From Patescibacteria group bacterium (GTDB taxonomy: Bacteria; Patescibacteriota; Doudnabacteria; UBA920), in NCBI GenBank assembly GCA_023484515.1, contig JAMDAY010000030.1, forward strand, positions 1,320-65,319: DNA of 64,000 nt. The letters run 5' to 3'. The notes beneath the pieces are model-generated. The model searched no databases, was not told where the DNA came from, and saw nothing but the letters and a program-made list of their open reading frames with translations. This document shows positions 8,808 to 16,632 of this stretch, one piece after another. The translations under genes and the position numbers were made by a program. The first letter of the stretch is position 1. Each line of letters starts with the position of its first letter.

Positions 8808-9353
8808 TTACTGCAAGAGTATTTCCGCAGTATTGACTTGGCTGTTGCAGTTGACGAGTAGGTGGATCGGTAGGTTTTTTTGGTTCAGCGCAACCAAGAC
8901 GTAATTGTAAGCGGCCACCGAATACGAATGTCCGGCAACAGTAATTGTTTGTGCTGCGTTGGAACGGTTATCCAGCATGATTGTGACAAGGTTAGCAATA
9001 GCCATTTGGCTCGGAATAGCCTGACAGCTTGAGTTGAATTGTATGCGGGAACTTGCGTACTTAACTACCGTGTCGCCATAACTGAGGGGCTTGGGCGGGG
9101 CAGGTTTTGGTTTGCGGAATGGAATAAACTTGCTAGCCGGAGTAGATGTATTAATCGTATCCGCAGTAGAGGTTGCGGCTTGGGTGGGCGCAGGGATCTG
9201 GTCTTGTACGGGAACGATTGCTGTGATTTTCACTATTGGGGTTTTTTGGGTAGCCAGACGCTTAGGCCTTTGCCTTTCGTAGGTTATTGAACTAATAATA
9301 ATCATAATGACAGCCACAGTCGCCCAAATTATTGCCTTCGTGTTTTTTGTCAT
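8808..9353 (-). CDS. hypothetical membrane-anchored protein (last gene of T4SS-like operon)
   Basis: An N-terminal TM helix (AIIWATVAVIMIIISSITY) is followed by a Pro/Thr-rich linker and a C-terminal domain. The gene is co-directional and contiguous with the upstream T4SS-like genes. Confidence 0.5.
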   Translation of the reverse strand: MTKNTKAIIWATVAVIMIIISSITYERQRPKRLATQKTPIVKITAIVPVQDQIPAPTQAATSTADTINTSTPASKFIPFRKPKPAPPKPLSYGDTVVKYASSRIQFNSSCQAIPSQMAIANLVTIMLDNRSNAAQTITVAGHSYSVAAYNYVLVALNQKNLPIHLLVNCNSQVNTAEILLQ

Positions 9354-9369
9354 AAGTTCAATAAAATAT

Positions 9370-10128
9370 TTACTTTTGCCAATCGCTTAAGCTGGTTTGG
9401 GTAAAAGCATAAGCCGGGTCTATGGGCTGGCTGCTTCGCCACAAGGCAAAGTGCAAGTGTTTGCCCGTAGCCCAGCCGGTGCTGCCTTGCAGGCCAATGA
9501 CTTGTCCTGCTGTGACTTTGTCGCCAACTGCCAGCGGCGGCTCGGTTGCCAAGTGGCAATATTGGCTTGAGAGTGAGTCCGCATGGACAATGATAACTTC
9601 ATAGCCGCAGCCATATTGCACGTCAGCGGCTTCTTTTACTTGGTACCAACAAATGCCGTAGTCGTTATCGTCACAAAATTTCCAGCGTCTTGTTGTGTTT
9701 TCTAAAATATTGCTGTTTACCGCTGCTACTGTTCCGTCGGCAAAAGCCCGGACTTCAGTTTGCCTGGGCTCGTAGTCAGCCATGTCCCAAGCAACATGCA
9801 ACCGCCCGACTTTTGCCGAGGAATCTAGAATTACGCCTTGCGTTAATGACCCCAAGGTCGGGAAAGCATACGGGTGCTTAAAGTCATACCAGGTCTCGCC
9901 GTAAATGGTTTTGTAACTAAAGCTTTGAAATTCGGCAAACTGCGCTAAATTGGGGTTTACCGTGCCGTCTGCAACTTTGCCGTTGCCCTGCAAGACCGCA
10001 ATAATAGTTGCCAAAACCAGATACAAGATAAAGGCGGCGCTCAAAGTTAATAGTGCCAGCCACAGCAAAAATCGCTTAATTCTATTCCTGTTGGCATAAA
10101 GGGTGTAGGCGGCCTGAGCTGGGTTCAT
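9370..10128 (-). CDS. M23/LytM family metallopeptidase (cell-wall hydrolase) with N-terminal TM anchor
   Basis: The C-terminus (GDKVTAGQVIGLQGSTGWATGKHLHFALW) matches the M23 peptidase signature. An N-terminal TM helix is present. Confidence 0.8.
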   Translation of the reverse strand: MNPAQAAYTLYANRNRIKRFLLWLALLTLSAAFILYLVLATIIAVLQGNGKVADGTVNPNLAQFAEFQSFSYKTIYGETWYDFKHPYAFPTLGSLTQGVILDSSAKVGRLHVAWDMADYEPRQTEVRAFADGTVAAVNSNILENTTRRWKFCDDNDYGICWYQVKEAADVQYGCGYEVIIVHADSLSSQYCHLATEPPLAVGDKVTAGQVIGLQGSTGWATGKHLHFALWRSSQPIDPAYAFTQTSLSDWQK

Positions 10129-10142
10129 AAGGCAATAGATAA

Positions 10143-12542
10143 TTAGCGCGGCGGCTTAGTGGTACAAATTAGGTCTTCCTCCTGGCTGCTTTTTATGGAG
10201 AGAGGTATCTTGGAATCATTGATAATGAGCAGGCCTTTGCCAATTTCCAAGCGTTCCAAATAAGCGCGCTCGGGTTTGTTAATATGAACTTTTTCGTTGA
10301 GCTTATCAAAAGAGTCACTGACTTTGTGCTTCATGATCAAGGTCAGGGAAGACTGGTCAAATAAGTCTGAGGTGCGCGCAAACCCGCTGTTGTAATAATG
10401 GTTAATGGATTGGACAATGGTCGTGACCCCCGAGTTGTATTTCCTGCCCCGCAACGCCAAGGAAGCCAGCTTTTCCACAATCAGGCTGGATTGGAACAGT
10501 TGGCTGGCTTCGTCCACAATCAAGCTTTTAAACCGGGCTTTGTTTTTGGGATGGTTAATGTAACTCCAATAACTTTCTAAAATCACGGCCACCACAAAGT
10601 CTCGCTTGTCCACGTACTTTAAGGCAAAAACAATTAAGTCATCGCTGGCAAAATCAATATTTTGCTGCTTGTTAAACAGGTAGTACTGTGGATGCCGCGG
10701 TTCGGTGTAAGACCTTAGGACCGTAAGCAAGTTTTCGATTGTTCGGTTTTTTACCAGCCGGTCAATCTCCCTGATAAAGTCCTTGAGTACCGGTTGGTGG
10801 TTATTTTGGAGGCACTGCTCATACACAGCACCGATAGCTTTTTCCAACTGCGTCATGTCAGTTACGCTGATTTTTTCGTTCTGGTAGAGTTTCTGGAAAA
10901 GCTGCCTGACAAACTCGATTTTTTGCGCCTTGTACTCCGGGCCTGGAATGTGGAAAGGGTTAATGTAATAAATGGATCGATCGGAAAGCTCTATGTATTT
11001 GCCTTTGAGATAACTGGTGACCATTTCAAATTCGTTCTCCACGTCCAGGACAAATGACTGGTAGCCGATCATGCGGCTGCGGATGAGGTCTAGCTTGATA
11101 AAATAGGATTTGCCCGCGCCGGTGGAAGCGATAATTGAGCGGTTGTAGCTTTCCAGCTCTTTAATGTCTATGGTAACCAAGGAGCGGTTGATTTCGTCTA
11201 CGCCGTAAAGGATGCCAGTATTAGAAGAAATTTGTGGGGTAATGAAGGGAAAAGTAAAAGCCGCGACTGAGGTGTCAATGTCCCTGTGGTTTTTGGTGTC
11301 AGTATTGCTTGCGCCCGCAATGAACGTGCCTTTAAGGCCTTCCAGCTGCTCGTAGTGGTAAATCCTGGACTGCATCATTTTGCGGCTTAAGACCCGCTCC
11401 ATGTTCATGTGCACCATGTTTAAGGCCTGTAAGGTACTGGAACGGAACGTAACCTCGATTTTTAAGTCAATGGGCTTGATCTCTGACTTTAAGTATTGCC
11501 TTTCAATCCGTTCCGTGCTTTCCAGCACCAAGTTGTCAGCGATGTTTTTTGGCTTGTGCGCTTGGGTCTCGTCAAAAATTTTGGATTCAATGCGGTGGCG
11601 CTTTTCGGTAATTTTCATCACGGTCTCTTTGGGGTCTTTGCTGGTAAAGGTAAACATAAGGTCTGAGGCGTAAGGGAACATGATGATTTCCTTAAACCAG
11701 TCAATATAGGCATAAGAACCGAGTTCACTAATGAATTCCGATCGCAGGAGGTTTTTGCCGTTAATACTTAACAAATCAATGTTTTCTTCTTCAATAAAAT
11801 CCGGGCTGATTTTGTTAATGATGGAAAACGGCAGGCCTTGCTCTAAAGCCTTTTTGCGAAAGTCCTCAATGTGCCCGTAAAACTGCCGGTTATGGAGGAA
11901 TTTCTCTTCATCCAGGTAAGCCATTATCACCCGGACAAGCTCTTCGGTTTCCATAATTTTGACTTTTAAATTTATAGCCTGGAGCTGCGACTTAAAAGTG
12001 GTGAGGATGGCAATCATGCTTTGCCTGGCTTCTTGGAATATTTCCTGTTCGGTAATCCGCCGCCTTTTTTTGCCATCCTTTTCTTCCCGGCTGACAATGT
12101 CTTTGGACAACGTGTATTTCAGCTCGCTGAATTCCAACAACAGGAAGAATTTTTTGGTGATAATCTCGTAGTCTTTGCTGATGTCCCGGATAAAGTCGGC
12201 GTATTTTTCAAACAGGTCATAGGTGCCCAGGCCGCGGATGCTGTAGGCGTGCTCCAGTTGGCCGATATAGTCATCGGCGTTGGTCTTGCGGGTTTGCACT
12301 AAGACCCGCAGCGGGTACTTTACGTCAATTTCCCTGAGGACCTGCTCAAAGCCTGTAATGGCTCGCTTCTTTTCCGCTTCATCCATGAGGCCAAAGTTGG
12401 CCGGAAAAACTTCCAGGCACATGCGGTATGAGCCGTTCTTCATAATTAGGCAGCCGCCCTTGATGTCCTTGAACTGCCAAAAATTAGCCAGGGTCTGGAA
12501 TTTAGGCTTGGTTTTGAAAAAGAGCTTATTGATAAATGACAT
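10143..12542 (-). CDS. virB4: VirB4/TrbE/CagE-family type IV secretion ATPase
   Basis: A 799-aa protein with Walker A (STGAGKSYFIKLDL) and Walker B-like (SLIVDEASQLF) motifs. Its N-terminal domain resembles the 58204-58917 ORF, and the protein is paralogous to the 59034-60878 ATPase. Confidence 0.8.
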   Translation of the reverse strand: MSFINKLFFKTKPKFQTLANFWQFKDIKGGCLIMKNGSYRMCLEVFPANFGLMDEAEKKRAITGFEQVLREIDVKYPLRVLVQTRKTNADDYIGQLEHAYSIRGLGTYDLFEKYADFIRDISKDYEIITKKFFLLLEFSELKYTLSKDIVSREEKDGKKRRRITEQEIFQEARQSMIAILTTFKSQLQAINLKVKIMETEELVRVIMAYLDEEKFLHNRQFYGHIEDFRKKALEQGLPFSIINKISPDFIEEENIDLLSINGKNLLRSEFISELGSYAYIDWFKEIIMFPYASDLMFTFTSKDPKETVMKITEKRHRIESKIFDETQAHKPKNIADNLVLESTERIERQYLKSEIKPIDLKIEVTFRSSTLQALNMVHMNMERVLSRKMMQSRIYHYEQLEGLKGTFIAGASNTDTKNHRDIDTSVAAFTFPFITPQISSNTGILYGVDEINRSLVTIDIKELESYNRSIIASTGAGKSYFIKLDLIRSRMIGYQSFVLDVENEFEMVTSYLKGKYIELSDRSIYYINPFHIPGPEYKAQKIEFVRQLFQKLYQNEKISVTDMTQLEKAIGAVYEQCLQNNHQPVLKDFIREIDRLVKNRTIENLLTVLRSYTEPRHPQYYLFNKQQNIDFASDDLIVFALKYVDKRDFVVAVILESYWSYINHPKNKARFKSLIVDEASQLFQSSLIVEKLASLALRGRKYNSGVTTIVQSINHYYNSGFARTSDLFDQSSLTLIMKHKVSDSFDKLNEKVHINKPERAYLERLEIGKGLLIINDSKIPLSIKSSQEEDLICTTKPPR

Positions 12543-12984
12543 GGGAGAGGTAGTTGCCTATGAAAGCCAAAAGGAGGAGGCCTAAGGCCAAGGCAATAAA
12601 AATAATAATAAAAGTTTTCATATGGTTTTCTTCCTGGTAAACGAGTTGTTTGGCTTTAAAGCTGGCCGTGCCGCTTGCGGCATGGTGGTGGTAGATTAAG
12701 GCTTTAGGCTGGTTTTTGTAGTAGAAGAAAATAAAGAGCAGGTGACGATAAAAATTTCTGCCATGAATTTCGGCAATGCCGCAAAGCGATAAAGTGGCTA
12801 AAGCAAACATGCCCAGGCCGGTTGGCAGTTGTTTGTCCACTAGGCTAAATACTCCAAGGCCGACAAACAGCGTGGCAATAAATACCAGCACAATTTGTCT
12901 AAGGCCCAATCCCCAAAACAAGGTAACTTTGTAGCCTTCGATGGATTCAGGGATGTCGATTTTAAATGATTTATCTTCGGGCAT
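12526..12984 (-). CDS. small membrane protein, VirB3/PrgI-like candidate
   Basis: A 152-aa protein with two hydrophobic helices. It sits immediately upstream of VirB4 and overlaps it, the typical VirB3 position. Confidence 0.45.
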   Translation of the reverse strand: MPEDKSFKIDIPESIEGYKVTLFWGLGLRQIVLVFIATLFVGLGVFSLVDKQLPTGLGMFALATLSLCGIAEIHGRNFYRHLLFIFFYYKNQPKALIYHHHAASGTASFKAKQLVYQEENHMKTFIIIFIALALGLLLLAFIGNYLSHVIYQ

Positions 12985-13001
12985 AGGGGTTTTGGTTTAG
13001 G

Positions 13002-14312
13002 TTAGCTTTTTAATCTCTTTAACCGGTAATAGAGTCCGGCTCCGGACTGCGCGCCTTTCCTGATGACCGAACGGAAGCCTGCCACTTCAGAGGCATTGGC
13101 AATCTGCTGCAGCAAGTTGTTGCTATCCGCGACAATGGCCATACCAACAAGCATCAAGATTAAATTACCCAAAGAGAAGCCGCCGGAGCTTAAAAACACA
13201 AAAACTATGAGCAGGATCAGCAGGTCAAACATCAGTCCAAAGCTGGTCACAAAAAACTTGTGCCAGAAAATCATAGCCATATTCTTGGTCTCGTTAAAAA
13301 ACAACATGGGCGTGAAAATGGGAGACAAAAGGATCATGATCAGCAGCAGGAAATACCGTTTGGCGTTCCTAAACACCACAAAGCCAAACAGGACAACATA
13401 AACCAGCACAAAGATTGTCAGGCCAATTAAGGCCAGGCCAAAGCTGCCGGAAGAATTCCAGAGGCCGTCGGCAATCAAGGCTTTTAAGGCAATGGTTAAA
13501 CCATTGGCTAGCTGGGTATTAAATAAAAAGGTGGCAAAGGCTTGGGCGGTTAGGATTAAGGCTTCGGCCAAGTACCTGGCCAAAAACACCCCGGCAAACC
13601 CCAGCAATATCTTACCCACGTCTCCCACAAAATCGCTGGAGAAGTCCTGGTCCAAGGAAAAAATTATGGCTTTGAAATAGTGGGTCACCACCAGCAAGTA
13701 GACCCAGGCCAAACCGATAATCTCACTGAGCTTAAGCAGGCTGTTAAAATTGGCAATCTGCTGCAGTTTGCCTGGGGACAGGTTCGGGTCGCTATTAAAC
13801 AGTTCAGCTGGCAGGCTGAATAAAAAATTAAAATTAAATTTTTCCACGACTTTTCCCACCACGGTTCCCAGTCCCCGGACTACTTTTTCAATGATAATGC
13901 CTAAGACGTCATTGATAGTCTTTTTGACGCAGTCAATGGTGTCAACCACAATTAAAATACACTTGGGGTCGGTGATGTTGCTTTGGATGTCACTAATTTC
14001 ACTGCCGAGCAGATTGGTGTTATTAATGTCATTCGTGGAGGGCAGTTTGCCCGTAATGTCCTCTTTAACTCCGGCGTAGAAATTGCTCATGTAGGCTTCG
14101 TGAAAGGCAAAGACAAAGGCTCCGGAAAGGAACAACATAATAAAGCCCACAATTACGGTTTGGACGACCAGGTTGGAGCGAACGACGTCATCGTGCTTGC
14201 CAGTGTTTCTTAAGGCTCCGGCAATGGCAATGACAAAAACACCAACCACCATGCTGATGGCGATTATGGCTGGGACATAATGCGCTAAAACAGCTTTAAT
14301 CAGGTTGTCCAT
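13002..14312 (-). CDS. polytopic membrane protein, VirB6/TrbL-like candidate
   Basis: A 436-aa protein with about 8 predicted TM helices. It lies in a T4SS-like operon between the VirB8-like and VirB3-like genes. Confidence 0.5.
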   Translation of the reverse strand: MDNLIKAVLAHYVPAIIAISMVVGVFVIAIAGALRNTGKHDDVVRSNLVVQTVIVGFIMLFLSGAFVFAFHEAYMSNFYAGVKEDITGKLPSTNDINNTNLLGSEISDIQSNITDPKCILIVVDTIDCVKKTINDVLGIIIEKVVRGLGTVVGKVVEKFNFNFLFSLPAELFNSDPNLSPGKLQQIANFNSLLKLSEIIGLAWVYLLVVTHYFKAIIFSLDQDFSSDFVGDVGKILLGFAGVFLARYLAEALILTAQAFATFLFNTQLANGLTIALKALIADGLWNSSGSFGLALIGLTIFVLVYVVLFGFVVFRNAKRYFLLLIMILLSPIFTPMLFFNETKNMAMIFWHKFFVTSFGLMFDLLILLIVFVFLSSGGFSLGNLILMLVGMAIVADSNNLLQQIANASEVAGFRSVIRKGAQSGAGLYYRLKRLKS

Positions 14313-15240
14313 AATTTATTTGGGAGAGGTTGTTAATTTGTTTACAGCCTTCGTAGCCATATTTAAAATATATTTTTGGAGATTTGGCAAAACCTACGCT
14401 GATCCGGCTAAGCGTGAGCTGGCTGTCCACGCCGTTTTTTTCCAGGATTTCGTTGTCAGCCAAAAATATCCGGTTAGATTGCGAGTCCCGGAGCACCAGA
14501 AAAGAAAACAAGCCTGCGGGCTGGGTCTGGGCATTTCGGGATTTGAGTAAGTCCTTGTCTTCCAGGTTCGGGTCGCGGACGTCCAATATTTTATCCCCGA
14601 TTTGCGCTTTCCAATCCGGGCTCGTTTTTATGAATTCAGCCAGTTTAGCCATGGAAGAATAACGCCAGTCATAAAGCTCAATGCCGGTGGCTTTTTCAGT
14701 CTTGTCATCAAGGTCGCAGACCAAGCCGCCAAGTTTTACCAGAGTTGGCTGGTCGCTTAAGAAGCCCTTATCCTTGGCGTACTGGTAGCGGGCACGGGCG
14801 TGATTTTCCAAATAATTGAAGCTTTCCGGCACGACTGTAGACAAGTCACCGCCGGTTAAAGGCGTCAGGCCGCTGTTAATGAACAGAAGATCTTCGAACT
14901 TCCTGCGGACCAACTCCTGGTTCTTTCCTTCCAGCCACTGCTGCAGTTCGCCCGTAAAAGATTCTACAGTTTGGGTCTGGATTTTTTCCTTGTACGCCTG
15001 GCTTTGCCAATAGGTCTCGTCGGCAATTACCGTTTCCCGGGTCGGAGAAGGTTTTGGGTTGCTTACTTTGGGTTGGGGGGAAATGCGCCAGATTTGCAGG
15101 TAGATTGCCACTGCAAACAACAGGCTAATGTACAAAACCGCCCGCAGGTTAAAGTTGGGAACAAAAGTTTTTACCAAACCATCCAGCCTGTAAAGCCAGC
15201 TATTTCTTTTGGGTTGTTTGGTTTCTTGCTCATCGCTCAT
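14296..15240 (-). CDS. bitopic membrane protein, VirB8-like position (hypothetical)
   Basis: A single N-terminal TM helix (LRAVLYISLLFAVAIYLQIW) is followed by a roughly 250-aa periplasmic/extracellular domain. The assignment rests on operon position only. Confidence 0.4.
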   Translation of the reverse strand: MSDEQETKQPKRNSWLYRLDGLVKTFVPNFNLRAVLYISLLFAVAIYLQIWRISPQPKVSNPKPSPTRETVIADETYWQSQAYKEKIQTQTVESFTGELQQWLEGKNQELVRRKFEDLLFINSGLTPLTGGDLSTVVPESFNYLENHARARYQYAKDKGFLSDQPTLVKLGGLVCDLDDKTEKATGIELYDWRYSSMAKLAEFIKTSPDWKAQIGDKILDVRDPNLEDKDLLKSRNAQTQPAGLFSFLVLRDSQSNRIFLADNEILEKNGVDSQLTLSRISVGFAKSPKIYFKYGYEGCKQINNLSQINYGQPD

Positions 15241-15270
15241 AGGCTAATGTGGTTAATAATTATCTTGGCT

Positions 15271-15642
15271 TTAAGCATTAGACTTTATGCCAACCAGGCC
15301 TAAGACATACAGGATGAGGCCAATGATAAAGATGGCAGCAAAAGTTATGCCCACGCCCACGACCGTGGATCTCAGTCCGGCCTTGGCTTCTTGGGACTTG
15401 ATGGGATCAGAGCCTGAAGACTGCAGCTTAATGCCGTACCAGGCAACCATGATGACCGCGTAGAGGACGGCAATGCCGAAGATGACCCCGATACCGATAT
15501 TGGCAAAATCCCGAACCGGTTTCATTTTATCTGACTCCCAGACTGACATGTCTGGTTTGGGCAGTTCCTGGGCAAGCGCGATTGAGGCGGTTAAAAATAG
15601 GGCGGAGACACTGGCCCCAAGTGAAGCAATAAATTTTTTCAT
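15271..15642 (-). CDS. T4SS pilin-like protein (VirB2/TrbC-like): signal peptide plus two hydrophobic segments
   Basis: A 123-aa protein with a signal peptide (MKKFIASLGASVSALFLTASIALAQE) and two TM segments (IGIGVIFGIAVLYAVIMVAWY and VVGVGITFAAIFIIGLILYVLGLVGI). It lies in the T4SS-like operon. Confidence 0.55.
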   Translation of the reverse strand: MKKFIASLGASVSALFLTASIALAQELPKPDMSVWESDKMKPVRDFANIGIGVIFGIAVLYAVIMVAWYGIKLQSSGSDPIKSQEAKAGLRSTVVGVGITFAAIFIIGLILYVLGLVGIKSNA

Positions 15643-15727
15643 TGTTGTTACGTTAGTGTATTAATAATTGAGATACCCTAAAGATATATTCGCTCTCAGC
15701 TATCATTGGAATAGATGTAATTGTTCA

Positions 15728-16615
15728 TCATAAAAAATTAAATAACTTAATTCTTTGGGTAATTTCAGCTTTGAGCAGCCCGTCTTTACTTAACCTAACT
15801 GTGCTTTCTGTTGCATAAATTGGTTCTAAAAATTGCTTGGCTCCGGCAATTAAGTCCAAGTGGGTAGTGACAATGTTGAGTTTTAGAAGGCCAGGGCGGT
15901 TCATAAAAATATTGAGCCAAAAGGAGCGCTCCATCCCTTGGGTTTGGAACACTAACCGCAGAGTGTATTGTTCAGAGTTTTGCAAAGCAAGAAAGTCCCA
16001 GTACCTTTGGACCTTATTAAGCAAGGATTCGTTGGATTTTCGGGTGCGCTCAAATTCCGTGTAAACTTTGTACTCCGCCTGGCTGGTCTTGTAAACTACG
16101 GTGTAATCGGGGGTTAAGGCTTCCACACGTTTGTCGCTTATATAGTCTTGTGTTTGCGAACTGTCTTCGCCTTTAAAGCTAAAACTTAAATTTGCAGACT
16201 TGTTCAAGCTTTCCAAACTGGCCAGCTCCACGATTTGGGCTTCATGCTTGAACAATCCCCAGGACAGCAAAGTCTTGGCTGTCGGGTAATTTTTCAGGCG
16301 CTGCCACTCATACTGGCCACACTCAGTCAAGACTTTTAGTCCTTGTTTGGAAAGCATATAAAACAGCGAGAAGCCGCCGCCGGAAAAAACCTTAAAGCTT
16401 TCCAAAAGTTTAGCCTGCCACATTCGGCGGAGTTTGGTATACATGTACCGGCTCCGCTCTTTTTGGCTGAGGAACCTGGTAATATGGCAGCTGGAGGCCA
16501 GCCTAAACTCCAAGACTAAAGCCAAAATCTCCAACGCGGACTGGTTTATTTCCACGTTATACGGGCTTACGTTAGCCCTGGGGGTGAGTTTTACGTCAAG
16601 GGTGTTTAAATACAT
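15728..16615 (-). CDS. hypothetical protein (possible winged-helix / relaxation-accessory protein)
   Basis: A 295-aa soluble protein lying between the coupling-ATPase and pilin genes. No decisive motif was seen. Confidence 0.45.
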   Translation of the reverse strand: MYLNTLDVKLTPRANVSPYNVEINQSALEILALVLEFRLASSCHITRFLSQKERSRYMYTKLRRMWQAKLLESFKVFSGGGFSLFYMLSKQGLKVLTECGQYEWQRLKNYPTAKTLLSWGLFKHEAQIVELASLESLNKSANLSFSFKGEDSSQTQDYISDKRVEALTPDYTVVYKTSQAEYKVYTEFERTRKSNESLLNKVQRYWDFLALQNSEQYTLRLVFQTQGMERSFWLNIFMNRPGLLKLNIVTTHLDLIAGAKQFLEPIYATESTVRLSKDGLLKAEITQRIKLFNFL

Positions 16616-16632
16616 ATTTTAGTTTTGCTAAA